From an uncultured delta proteobacterium (lineage in GTDB: Bacteria; Desulfobacterota; Binatia; Binatales; Binataceae), in the NCBI GenBank assembly GCA_963756005.1, contig CAVWMC010000001.1:198872-262871 (forward strand): a DNA stretch of 64,000 nucleotides, in the 5' to 3' direction. The position numbers were made by a program, and so were the translations under genes. A model generated the notes under the pieces. It had not been told where the DNA came from. It ran no database searches and saw nothing but the letters and a program-made list of their open reading frames with translations. Of the stretch, positions 53,469 to 64,000 are shown piece after piece. Numbering within the stretch: position 1 is the stretch's first letter; each line of letters begins with the position of its first letter.

Positions 53469-53484
53469 TGATATCATGATATCA
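53469..53484. promoter_or_regulatory. Perfect 16-bp palindrome, candidate FitAB operator
   Basis: TGATATCATGATATCA, 18 bp upstream of the antitoxin ATG. Confidence 0.7.
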
Positions 53485-53549
53485 CTTGCCGCGCCGGGCT
53501 TCAATCGATCGCGGGATCGCGTTTTGCGGGGCGGTCGCACGATCCGCCG

Positions 53550-53882
53550 CTAAACCTTTCCCCAGAACGCGAATACTACCGCGCCCAGGATGCAGACGAA
53601 CGATCCGACGTAGTTCCAGCGCGGCGCTTCGCCCAAATAAAGAAAAGCGAAGACCGCGAATACTATCAGCGTCACGATCTCCTGGATGATCTTGAGCTGG
53701 TAGGCGGTGAATTCGCCGTAGCCGATCCGGTTGGCCGGCACCTGGAAGCAATATTCAAAAAACGCGATCAGCCAGCTCACGACGATCACCTCGATTAGCG
53801 GCCGATCGCGAAAACGCAGATGGCCGTACCACGCAATCGTCATGAAGGTGTTCGAGCAGAAGAGCAATGCGACGGTTAGCAT
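53550..53882 (-). CDS. DMT family small membrane protein (DUF486-like)
   Basis: SNTFMTIAWYGHL, SWLIAFFEYCFQVPANRIG and QLKIIQE. Confidence 0.88.
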   Translation of the reverse strand: MLTVALLFCSNTFMTIAWYGHLRFRDRPLIEVIVVSWLIAFFEYCFQVPANRIGYGEFTAYQLKIIQEIVTLIVFAVFAFLYLGEAPRWNYVGSFVCILGAVVFAFWGKV

Positions 53883-54059
53883 GGCGCTATTCTTAGCGAA
53901 CCGCCGACGCGCGTCCAAGTTAGGAAGTCATCTCGATCATCCTCGACCAACCGAGCAGCGCGAAGCGCCCGCGCGTCATCCTGCCGAAGCGAGCATCGCG
54001 AGCGCATTGTTTGTCATCACTGACGACGGGAGCGTTAGCGACGGGAGGAACGGATCTCG

Positions 54060-54094
54060 GACAGCTTCGCGCACGCGAAGCCGGTTCCGGTCTC
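54060..54094. repeat. 35-bp dispersed palindromic repeat, copy 2
   Basis: Identical to 33826-33860. Confidence 0.9.
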
Positions 54095-54140
54095 CGAGTT
54101 CGCGCGATACGCGCGCTCCACTAAGGGGATGAAGCTCCCT

Positions 54141-55148
54141 TCACTTCAACTCGATCCAACTCCGCAACTCTCCCGCATCGAATGGAAGCTTCTTTGTCGC
54201 CAGAAATTCCTCAAAATCGACCGGCAGCGGCGCGATGAACTCGAGCTGCTCGCCGGCTCGCGGATGTGTCAGCGAAAGCGCCAAAGCGTGCAGGGCCTGT
54301 CGATGAAAAAATCCAGCGCCACTCCCCTTGCCGCCATACAAAGGATCGCCGAGACACGGATGCCCAATCGACGCGAGATGCACGCGAATCTGATGCATCC
54401 GGCCGGTGTCGGGTTTCACCCGCACCAATGACGTTCCCATTTCGTCGGCATCCGCGGGATCGAATCGCGCGATCACCGTGATATGGCTGACCGCGTCGCG
54501 CGGCGCATTCGATCGCACCGACATCCGCTTGCGCTCAATCGGATGCCGGCCGACGGGCCGCTCGATCGTCAGCCGCTCGCGCGCGACTTTGCCCTTGACT
54601 ATTGCGAGGTAGGTTTTGCTGACGCTGCGATCCTTGAACTGCCGCGAAAGCGCCGTGCGCGCAAACGGCGTCCGCGCCACCACCATCACGCCCGACGTGT
54701 CCTTGTCGAGGCGATGCACGATTCCCGGCCGCAGCACGCCGTCGGGCTCGGCCATAGCGGCCATTTCGGGAAAGCGCGCGAGCAGCGCATCCACCAGCGT
54801 GCCGTTGGGATGCCCGGGCGCGGGATGCACCGTCATGCCGGCGGGCTTGTTCACGACGATTATTTCGTCGTCGTCGAAAATCACCGAAATCTCCGGCGCG
54901 TCGCCTTCCTTGTAAATCGAAGGATCATTCAGCGCGCCCGCGGGAATCGCGGCGACCTCGATGCGATCGCCGGTGCGCACTCCACTCGACGCGCGCGCGG
55001 CCGCGCCGTTGACCGTCACCAGTCCCGCCTTAATCATCCGCGCCACCTGCGATCGCGAGTACTCCGGCGCCAGCCGCATCGACACGAACACGTCGAGCCG
55101 CATCCGATCGTGCTCGGCGCCCGCGCTGATTGTCGCCGGAAGAATCAC
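54141..55148 (-). CDS. rluD: RluA/RluD family pseudouridine synthase with an S4 domain
   Basis: RLDVF..SRSQV, VNKPAGMTVHP, HRLDKDTSG, HQIRVH and RQALHA. Confidence 0.93.
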   Translation of the reverse strand: MILPATISAGAEHDRMRLDVFVSMRLAPEYSRSQVARMIKAGLVTVNGAAARASSGVRTGDRIEVAAIPAGALNDPSIYKEGDAPEISVIFDDDEIIVVNKPAGMTVHPAPGHPNGTLVDALLARFPEMAAMAEPDGVLRPGIVHRLDKDTSGVMVVARTPFARTALSRQFKDRSVSKTYLAIVKGKVARERLTIERPVGRHPIERKRMSVRSNAPRDAVSHITVIARFDPADADEMGTSLVRVKPDTGRMHQIRVHLASIGHPCLGDPLYGGKGSGAGFFHRQALHALALSLTHPRAGEQLEFIAPLPVDFEEFLATKKLPFDAGELRSWIELK

Positions 55149-55177
55149 GTGCGTGATTTACCGCATCGACGCGGAAA

Positions 55178-55408
55178 TCACATGGTCCCGGGCGAAGGTA
55201 ACGGCGGCGGCCCCGGCGGCACATTGGTCTGCGCCGGCGGAGCGCCCGCGTCAGGCGGACAGTTCTCGCTGGTGCTGGTCGCCGTCACGACGCCATAGGT
55301 CGTCTTCTGACAACCGGCCGCCGTCGAATCAGGCTGCGAATAAAACCAGCACCCAGCCAGCGCCATCGAAAACAGCGCAACGATTATCGTCGAAAGAATC
55401 GCTTTCAT
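55178..55408 (-). CDS. Small putative lipoprotein (76 aa, Pro-rich tail)
   Basis: Hydrophobic signal ending in lipobox LAGC; begins 9 nt after the leuD stop. Confidence 0.65.
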   Translation of the reverse strand: MKAILSTIIVALFSMALAGCWFYSQPDSTAAGCQKTTYGVVTATSTSENCPPDAGAPPAQTNVPPGPPPLPSPGTM

Positions 55409-55417
55409 GCGAACATC

Positions 55418-56023
55418 TTACTCGAAGCGATGCGGTAGTGGATGCGCCTTTTCGTACGCGACGATTCGATCCTCGTGCGCGAGCGTCAGCGCGATGTCGT
55501 CGAGGCCTTCGAGCAGGCATTTCTTGTCGAACGGCTCGATCTCGAAATGCGCCGTCCAGCCAAAATCGTCGGACACCGTCTGTTTTTCGAGATCGATCGA
55601 CAGCCGATACGCCTCGTAGTCGCCGGCCGCGCGAAAAATATGATCGACCTCTTCAGCCTTCAGCGTGACCGGCAGAAAGCCGTTCTTCAGACAGTTGTTG
55701 TGAAATATATCGGCGAACTCCGGCGCGATCGCCGCACGAAAGCCCGCGTCGTCGAGCGCCCACACCGCATGCTCGCGCGAACTGCCGCAGCCGAAATTGT
55801 TGCGCGCCACCAGAATCGACGCGCCCTGGTAGCGCGGCTTGTTCAGCACGAAATCCTGGTTCTCGCTGCCGTCCGGATTGCGCCGCCAGTCGATGAAGAG
55901 GCCCGCCTTGAGCCCGGTCCGCACGACTGCCTTTAGAAACTGTTTCGGTATGATCTGATCGGTATCGACGTTGGCCCGATCGAGTGGCGCCACCATCCCG
56001 GTAAAATTCTTGAACTTCTGCAT
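55418..56023 (-). CDS. leuD: 3-isopropylmalate dehydratase small subunit
   Basis: [32 protein letters not shown] and LLEGLDDI. Confidence 0.96.
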   Translation of the reverse strand: MQKFKNFTGMVAPLDRANVDTDQIIPKQFLKAVVRTGLKAGLFIDWRRNPDGSENQDFVLNKPRYQGASILVARNNFGCGSSREHAVWALDDAGFRAAIAPEFADIFHNNCLKNGFLPVTLKAEEVDHIFRAAGDYEAYRLSIDLEKQTVSDDFGWTAHFEIEPFDKKCLLEGLDDIALTLAHEDRIVAYEKAHPLPHRFE

Positions 56024-56032
56024 TGCTATCTC

Positions 56033-57442
56033 CTACCGACTTGCCCACTCGCGCACATCGACGAAATGCCCCGCAATCGCCGCCGCCGCCGCCATCGCCG
56101 GACTCACCAGATGCGTGCGCCCGCCTTTGCCTTGGCGCCCCTCGAAGTTGCGATTCGACGTGCTGGCGCATCGTTCGCCCGGCTGCAGAACGTCGGGATT
56201 CATCGCCAGGCACATGCTGCATCCCGACTCGCGCCACTCGAAGCCGGCTTCCGTGAAAATTTTGTCGAGCCCGATACTTTCCGCCTCGGCCTTTACTTCC
56301 TGCGATCCCGGCACCACCATCGCATGCACCGTCGGCGCGACTTTATGCCCCTTGACGATTCCCGCCGCCGTCTTGAGATCGCTCAGTCGCGAGTTGGTGC
56401 ACGATCCTATGAACACGCGGTCGATCCTGATGTCCTCGATTTTCGTCCCCGGCCGCAGCGCCATATAAGTGAGCGCGCGCTCGACCGTCTCGCGCTGCTC
56501 CTTGTCGCCAATTTCGGCCGGATTCGGCACGCTCCCGCGCACGTCGGTGACCATGCCGGGATTCGTGCCCCAGGTCACCTGCGGTGCGAACGTCGCCGCG
56601 TCGAACACCACGCTGCGATCGAACTTCGCGCCGTCGTCGCTGCGGAAATGCAGCCATCGCGCCGACAGCGCGTCGAATTCCTTGCCCGCCGGGATATACC
56701 GGCGCCCGCGCAGATACTCGACGGTGGTCTCGTCCGCCGCGACCATCCCGGCCCGCGCGCCGCCTTCGATCGACATGTTGCAAACCGTCATCCGCTCTTC
56801 CATCGAGAGCGCCTCGACCGCCGCGCCGCGATACTCGATCACGTGGCCGGTCGCGCCGTTGGTCTTGATTCGGCCGATGATGCCGAGGATCAAATCCTTC
56901 GCGCCGACTCCGATGCCGAGTTTGCCATCGACCCGAATCTCAAACGTCTGCGGCCGCTCTTCCCACAGGCACTGCGTCGCCAGCACGTGCTCGACTTCGC
57001 TGGTACCGATTCCGAACGCGAGCGCGCCGAACGCGCCGTGCGTCGCGGTATGACTGTCGCCGCAAACGATCGTCATCCCCGGCTGCGTGAGCCCCAGCTC
57101 GGGCCCGATGACGTGTACGATTCCCTGCTCGCGCGATCCGATATCGAACAGCCGCAGTCCAAATTCCGCGCAGTTGCGCCGCAGCGTTTCTATTTGCAGC
57201 TTCGATTCGGGGTCGGTGATCGGCTTGCTGCGATCGGTCGTCGGCACGTTGTGATCCTGGGTGGCGTAGGTGCGATGCGGCGCGCGAACCGTGCGCCCCG
57301 CGTGGCGCAAACCTTCAAACGCCTGCGGCGAGGTCACTTCGTGAATCAGGTGCAAGTCGATATAGAGCAGGGACGGCTCATGCTGTTTTTCGCGGACGAC
57401 ATGATCTTCCCAGATTTTCTCGAACAGGGTTTTTGCGGCCAT
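56033..57442 (-). CDS. leuC: 3-isopropylmalate dehydratase large subunit
   Basis: [37 protein letters not shown] and [12 protein letters not shown]; start placed at MAAKTL. Confidence 0.97.
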   Translation of the reverse strand: MAAKTLFEKIWEDHVVREKQHEPSLLYIDLHLIHEVTSPQAFEGLRHAGRTVRAPHRTYATQDHNVPTTDRSKPITDPESKLQIETLRRNCAEFGLRLFDIGSREQGIVHVIGPELGLTQPGMTIVCGDSHTATHGAFGALAFGIGTSEVEHVLATQCLWEERPQTFEIRVDGKLGIGVGAKDLILGIIGRIKTNGATGHVIEYRGAAVEALSMEERMTVCNMSIEGGARAGMVAADETTVEYLRGRRYIPAGKEFDALSARWLHFRSDDGAKFDRSVVFDAATFAPQVTWGTNPGMVTDVRGSVPNPAEIGDKEQRETVERALTYMALRPGTKIEDIRIDRVFIGSCTNSRLSDLKTAAGIVKGHKVAPTVHAMVVPGSQEVKAEAESIGLDKIFTEAGFEWRESGCSMCLAMNPDVLQPGERCASTSNRNFEGRQGKGGRTHLVSPAMAAAAAIAGHFVDVREWASR

Positions 57443-57503
57443 AATGCGTCTCAACTCCCGCCACATCGGCGGCGTAACGATTTTATTGCCAGACTTCGAT
57501 TGC

Positions 57504-57980
57504 TCAAACCGCCGCCGCCCGCCGCCCATTCTTGCCGCGCGAGTAACGCTCGATTCGCTCCGACAGCTTGCTCGCGAACGCGCTGAACGAGGCCAGCTCG
57601 TCGCGCGAAAATCCCGTCCAAATCGCCTCGATCGCCGCCTGCCGCGCCGCCCGCAGCTCCGCCAGCGTCCGCGTCCCCTTGGCGGTCAGCTTGTAACTCC
57701 GATTCCGGCGATCGTCGCGGCCGATCGCCGCCGAGACCAGCCCCGCGTCGAGCAACTGCCGCAGAATCTTCGAGACCGCCGCCGCCGAGCTGTCGCGGCT
57801 GCGCGCGAACATCGACGGAATAAAATGTTCGGTCGAGATTTCCTCGAGCACGCGCCACTGCTCGATCGTGATACCGGCGTCGCGCGCCAGCACCTCGCGC
57901 CGCCGCTCGAAAATCTCCGCCAGCGCCGTCATCGCCTCGATCGCGCGAAAGATCGGATCACGCCTTCCAACTGCTTGCAT
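57504..57980 (-). CDS. MarR family transcriptional regulator
   Basis: [23 protein letters not shown] and [14 protein letters not shown]. Confidence 0.88.
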   Translation of the reverse strand: MQAVGRRDPIFRAIEAMTALAEIFERRREVLARDAGITIEQWRVLEEISTEHFIPSMFARSRDSSAAAVSKILRQLLDAGLVSAAIGRDDRRNRSYKLTAKGTRTLAELRAARQAAIEAIWTGFSRDELASFSAFASKLSERIERYSRGKNGRRAAAV

Positions 57981-57990
57981 CAGGCAAGAT

Positions 57991-58006
57991 ATTAACTATA
58001 GTTAAT
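57991..58006. promoter_or_regulatory. Perfect 16-bp AT-rich palindrome, candidate MarR operator
   Basis: ATTAACTATAGTTAAT, 10 bp upstream of the marR ATG. Confidence 0.7.
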
Positions 58007-58116
58007 CAATCTTTGCAAGCCACCGGATTTCGATCAAAGCCGAACGGCACAACTGTGATACACGCGATCGTGCCCCTGAGAGCAAAGTAGCGCGCTGCGC
58101 GCAACTTTGCGCTTCA

Positions 58117-58143
58117 CACTGGGTGCAGGGGTCACCCCTGCCG
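58117..58143. repeat. Solo copy of the 13537-13788 arm hairpin
   Basis: CACTGGGTGCAGGGGTCACCCCTGCCG, identical to 13738-13764. Confidence 0.88.
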
Positions 58144-58161
58144 CTCGCCGCGCAGGCGATC

Positions 58162-59412
58162 TTACTTGATTCGCCGCGTCGGCGCGGCGCGTTCCGCTTT
58201 TGCCAACCCGCGCGTGACGGCTTCGTCGCCGAATTTCTTCGCGACCGAATCCAGCGCGCGATTCAGCCGGTCGCGCTTGCGCTCCTCCAGCGGCGCCGAT
58301 TCGAACAGCCCGAGCTGCGAATTATCTGCGCGCTCCAGTTGATGCACCTGCACGCCGGCCAGGCGAATCTTCTCCTTGCCGCCGACCTTCGACAGCAAAT
58401 TCGTCGCGACGCGCGAGATTTCCGGCCCGTCGTTGGTCGTGCCGTCCAGTGAGAAACTGCGCGTGATCAGTGGATAGCGTCCGCCGCCGAGTGGACGCGC
58501 GAGTTTCAGTTTGAGCGTCACAGTGCGAGCGCGTACACCGTCGGCGCGCAGGCGTCGCGCAATCGCGTCGCCATGCGCAATCAGCACGCGGCGCAATTCA
58601 ATCGAGCCGAGCGCGAGGTCGTGCGCGAAAGTGTTTTCCTCGCCATACGACTTGCGCTGCCAATCGGCGATCACCGGCCGCGAGTCGCGGCCCGACGCCA
58701 GTTCATGCAGATGCGGCCCCATCGTGCCGAACATGCTCTTCAACTCGGCCGGGTCGCGCCGCGCGAGGTCGCCAACCGTCTTGATGTTGCAATCGTGCAT
58801 CCGCGCGAGCGTAACGCGTCCGACGCCCCAGAGCCGTTCGACCGGCAGCGGGGTCAGGAATTCGTGCAATTTCTCCGGCGCCACCGAGAGCAGTCCGTCG
58901 GGCTTCGACATGTCGCTCAAAATCTTCGCCGCCATCTTGGTCGAGGCGACGCCGACCGACACGACCAGTCCGATTTCCTCGAGCACGCGGCGTTTGAGAT
59001 CGCGCGCCGCGTCCATCGGCGGGCCCAGCAGACGCTCGGTGCCGGTCAGATCGATAAACGCCTCGTCGAGCGAGAGCGGTTCGACGATTGGACTGAAACT
59101 CTCGAACACGCGCATCACGACGCGCGAAATTTCGACGTAGCGATTCATCCGGCCGGGCACGAAAATCCCTTGCGGACAAAGTTTGCGCGCCTGCCCGGTC
59201 GGCATCGCGGATCGCACGCCGAACTTGCGCGCCTCGTACGACGCTGAGGTGACGACGCCGCGCGCGCTGCGTCCGCCGACGATTACCGGCAGCCCGCGCA
59301 AGTCGGGATTGTCGAGGATTTCGACCGACGCGTAAAACGCGTCCATGTCGGCGTGCGCGATCACGCGCGGCCAATGCGCGGCGCTACCGCTGCTGGACGC
59401 GTCGAGACTCAT
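58162..59412 (-). CDS. dinB: DNA polymerase IV
   Basis: HADMDAFYASVE, SYEARKFGVRSAM, SLDEAF, AKILSDMSKPDG and LWGVG. Confidence 0.96.
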   Translation of the reverse strand: MSLDASSSGSAAHWPRVIAHADMDAFYASVEILDNPDLRGLPVIVGGRSARGVVTSASYEARKFGVRSAMPTGQARKLCPQGIFVPGRMNRYVEISRVVMRVFESFSPIVEPLSLDEAFIDLTGTERLLGPPMDAARDLKRRVLEEIGLVVSVGVASTKMAAKILSDMSKPDGLLSVAPEKLHEFLTPLPVERLWGVGRVTLARMHDCNIKTVGDLARRDPAELKSMFGTMGPHLHELASGRDSRPVIADWQRKSYGEENTFAHDLALGSIELRRVLIAHGDAIARRLRADGVRARTVTLKLKLARPLGGGRYPLITRSFSLDGTTNDGPEISRVATNLLSKVGGKEKIRLAGVQVHQLERADNSQLGLFESAPLEERKRDRLNRALDSVAKKFGDEAVTRGLAKAERAAPTRRIK

Positions 59413-60845
59413 TTCGGCGCCGAGAGTGTCGCGAAGATCGCGTCGGCCGCACTTTCACCGCTGCGGATGCAATCCGGAATTCCGACGCCGCGATACGCCG
59501 CGCCGGCGATCGCGAATGCTGGAATCTCCGCGACCGCGCGCTCGATCTCCGCCACCCGCGCCAAGTGTCCGACTTCGTACTGCGGCATCGAGTTGGGCCA
59601 TCGCCTGACCTCGGTGAATCCGGGCGCCGCGCTGACTCCGAGCAGCGCGCGAAACTCGTCGCGCACCGCGGCGGTCATCTCCTCGTCGCCGAGCCGCATC
59701 ATATCGCGGCTCATCTCACCGCCGACGAACGCGCGCGCCAGGATTGCGCCCGCCGGCGCGCGTCCCTCGAACTTGAAGCTGGAAAAGCTGCCCGCGATTA
59801 TTCGCCGGCCTTCGATGGCCGGCACCACGAAGCCGAACGCGCGCGGCGGCCCGTCGAAGTCGCTCTCGCGATAGGTCAGATTGACCGTCGCCGCCGACGC
59901 GTAGCTGATCGCGCCGAGTAACTTCGCCGCCGACGGCGCAACCCCCGCAACGATTCTCGACGCCGCGTACGCCGGTGCCGCGCAGATAACAGCGTCAGCG
60001 TCAATCGAGTCGCCACTCGCGAGCGCGAGCCGCCACGCGTCACCGCTGCGCGACATCGCGACGACTTCGGCGCCCTTGCGAATCGACGCGCCCAGCCGCG
60101 TCGCGAGTGTCTCGGGCAGCGTCGCCATGCCGTTGCGGAAGCTCTGGAACAGGCTCCAGCGCGCGCCGCTCACGTCGGAAGTTTTCGCCGCACGCGCGTC
60201 CTCCGCCGCGCGCATCCCCTTGACGACACTGCCGTAGCGCCGCTCCATCTCGACAAAACGCGGCATCGTCGCCGCCATGCTGAGGCGCTTCGGATCGGCG
60301 GTGTAGATACCGCCCGCGAGCGCCTGCGCGACGCGGTCGAGCACCTCGCGTCCGAGCCGCCGCGTCACGAACGAATCGAGACTCTCGTCGTCGCTGCTGG
60401 TGCGCGCGGCGACGTACGGTTCGAGCGCGATCCGCAGTTTTCCGATCGGTGAAAAAAGCGGGCTGCGAAAAACCGGACCGAGATGCGCCGGCGCGAGTAG
60501 TGAAAATCCCGCGGGTATTTCGACCAGCCGGCCCGCGCGCACGACGCAGGTCTTGCGATAGATCTCGCGCGTCGGGATCAGCTCAGCGCCGAGTCCAAGC
60601 CGCCGCGCGAGGTCGGCCGCCGCAACTTTTTCGGACAGGAATGAGTCCGCGCCGGTCTCGATTACAAATCCGTCGCGCCGAATCGTCTCGAGCGCCCCGC
60701 CGCATCGCGCGCCGCGCTCGAGCAGTTGCACTGCCAGCGGGAACTCGCGCGCCGCCGCCAGCTCGCACAGCCGATACGCCGTCGCCAGCCCGGTGATTCC
60801 GCCGCCGATAACCGCAACCCGCCTGATTTGTGGGTCGGTGCCCGT
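59409..60845 (-). CDS. hemY: Protoporphyrinogen/coproporphyrinogen oxidase HemY-type; inferred ACG start, no canonical start codon in frame
   Basis: VAVIGGGITGLATA FAD motif lies upstream of the track ORF; ETGADSF, GIYTAD, GFVVP, PQYEVGH and GVGIPDCI. Confidence 0.9.
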   Translation of the reverse strand, partial: TGTDPQIRRVAVIGGGITGLATAYRLCELAAAREFPLAVQLLERGARCGGALETIRRDGFVIETGADSFLSEKVAAADLARRLGLGAELIPTREIYRKTCVVRAGRLVEIPAGFSLLAPAHLGPVFRSPLFSPIGKLRIALEPYVAARTSSDDESLDSFVTRRLGREVLDRVAQALAGGIYTADPKRLSMAATMPRFVEMERRYGSVVKGMRAAEDARAAKTSDVSGARWSLFQSFRNGMATLPETLATRLGASIRKGAEVVAMSRSGDAWRLALASGDSIDADAVICAAPAYAASRIVAGVAPSAAKLLGAISYASAATVNLTYRESDFDGPPRAFGFVVPAIEGRRIIAGSFSSFKFEGRAPAGAILARAFVGGEMSRDMMRLGDEEMTAAVRDEFRALLGVSAAPGFTEVRRWPNSMPQYEVGHLARVAEIERAVAEIPAFAIAGAAYRGVGIPDCIRSGESAADAIFATLSAPK

Positions 60846-60866
60846 GTGAGGTTCTCCCGCGTGCGA

Positions 60867-61790
60867 TCAACGCGAATGCGCCGCGACAATCGACGCCATC
60901 ATCTCGATAAACAGCGGATGGTCGCCGACGGTCGGCGCGCGTTCCATCCTGATTCCCGCCGCGCGCGCGACTTGCGCCGCCTCGATATCGAGATCGTACA
61001 ACACCTCGACGTGATCGCACAAAAAACCGAGCGGCACGACCACCGCGATTTTCGCGTCGAGGCTCCGCAGCGTTTCCTTGATGTCGGGCTCGAGCCATGC
61101 GTCGCGCGGACTCCCGCTCCGGCTTTGATACGCGAACTGCCAGGTGTCGATGCCGAGATCAGCCGCGACAATCCGCGCCGACTGCGTGAGTTGCTCGACG
61201 TAGGGCCCGGCCTGCGCCATCGCGAGCGGAATACTGTGCGCGGTGAAGATCAGCCGCGCGCGCGATCGATCGGGGAACTCCAGCCGCGAGTACGCCTCGC
61301 GCGCGCGCGACGCCACCGCCGTAGTAAACAGCGGATGATCATGCCACGGCTCCGGATACACAACTTCGGGTGCGCCCTCGCCCAGCGCAACGCGCGCGTC
61401 GTTGACGGTAGCCTGGTAGCGCTCGAAGCTCGCCTCGCTGCGATGAGCCGCCATGATGAATCCGAGCACGCGGCGCGCGCCACCGTCGGCAAGATCGCGC
61501 AAAGCGTCGGCCACGTACGGCTGCCAGTTGCGCATCCCGACGGCAACGGGAACGCCGGCTTTCTTTTTCGCGAGCTCCGTGCGCAATGCAGCCGCTTGCC
61601 GCATCGTGAGATCGTTGTAAGGCGAGCGGCCGCCGAGAAGATCGTAATGATGCGCGACTTCCTCGTAGCGCTCGCGCGGAATCGGCCGCCCGCGCAGCAC
61701 GTTGTCCAGAAACGGTCGCACCTCGTCGGCGCGCGTCGGGCCGCCGAATCCGATCATCAGGACGGCGTCGCATTTTGCCTTCGCGGCCAT
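60867..61790 (-). CDS. hemH: Ferrochelatase (possibly coproporphyrin III-specific CpfC-type)
   Basis: GGRSPYN, FTAHSIP, AYQSRSG..WLEPD and GFLCDHVEVLYDLD. Confidence 0.93.
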   Translation of the reverse strand: MAAKAKCDAVLMIGFGGPTRADEVRPFLDNVLRGRPIPRERYEEVAHHYDLLGGRSPYNDLTMRQAAALRTELAKKKAGVPVAVGMRNWQPYVADALRDLADGGARRVLGFIMAAHRSEASFERYQATVNDARVALGEGAPEVVYPEPWHDHPLFTTAVASRAREAYSRLEFPDRSRARLIFTAHSIPLAMAQAGPYVEQLTQSARIVAADLGIDTWQFAYQSRSGSPRDAWLEPDIKETLRSLDAKIAVVVPLGFLCDHVEVLYDLDIEAAQVARAAGIRMERAPTVGDHPLFIEMMASIVAAHSR

Positions 61791-61794
61791 CGCG

Positions 61795-63762
<1,968 letters not shown>

Positions 63763-63848
63763 CGCGAGCGCATCGTCAATCTTGCCGTGCGCGCGGCACC
63801 CCGTCCACACCTGCGCACTGAGTTGACAGCTTTCGCCATCCACATTAT

Positions 63849-63866
63849 TTTCATGATATTGTGAAA
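63849..63866. promoter_or_regulatory. Inverted repeat TTTCA-N8-TGAAA, candidate operator of the adjacent regulator
   Basis: TTTCATGATATTGTGAAA in the AT-rich gap between divergent hemD-hemE and the regulator. Confidence 0.5.
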
Positions 63867-63869
63867 GTT

Positions 63870-64000
63870 ATGAATCGAGACAAGCCGCGCGCCGGATTTA
63901 TCGAGCGCTTCGCGGCGGTGCTGACCGAGTCGGGCTTCCCGCGGATGCCGGCGCGGGTGTTTGCCGCGCTGCTCGCGACCGATTCCGGGCGGCTGACCGC
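63870..64000 (+). CDS. GbsR/MarR-family transcriptional regulator (3' end beyond the window)
   Basis: MNRDKPRAGFIERFAAVLTESGFPRMPARVFAALLATDSGRLT. Confidence 0.8.
   Translation, partial: MNRDKPRAGFIERFAAVLTESGFPRMPARVFAALLATDSGRLT

Noticed and set aside
60860-60869. Selenocysteine recoding of the hemH TGA (selA is present)
   Set aside because: No convincing SECIS hairpin directly after the TGA, and the position is a linker rather than a catalytic Cys site

Overview
GC-rich bacterial chromosome segment, mostly housekeeping genes. Gene order and content (tsf-pyrH-frr-uppS-cdsA-rseP-tsaB, ilvN-ilvC-psd-pssA-leuA, LLM oxidoreductase, class III CoA-transferases, SCP2) resemble deltaproteobacteria-like lineages such as Candidatus Binatota; this is inference only. 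In order, the window holds: GST/DsbA-kappa genes around glcDEF and an alanine/serine-glyoxylate aminotransferase; gyrA-gyrB; a CADD/TenA-like diiron protein; dsbD; a degenerate ribB-fusion; a nucleotidyltransferase, GALK2-like kinase and GH36 glycosidase; an MFS transporter, selA, an LLM enzyme and a BON-domain protein; a CoA-transferase pair; type II PanK, rarA, HU, truA, usg-like, leuB and leuA with a Leu-rich leader attenuator; the translation/lipid cluster; a RAYT transposase with REP repeats; rho, fitAB and rluD; marR-leuCD; and hemD-hemE(fused)-hemH-hemY-dinB. The most notable observations are a 252-bp element with 48-bp inverted arms around a rod-like structured core, a REP/RAYT locus beside two paralogous small secreted proteins, a eukaryote-type (GALK2-like) sugar salvage cluster, a RibBA homologue that appears degenerate in both domains, and hemY lacking a canonical start codon while in frame with hemH. 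Four separate +1 frameshifts, one in the normally essential pyrH, suggest the assembly carries insertion errors. All product calls come from recognising motifs by eye; no database searches were run.
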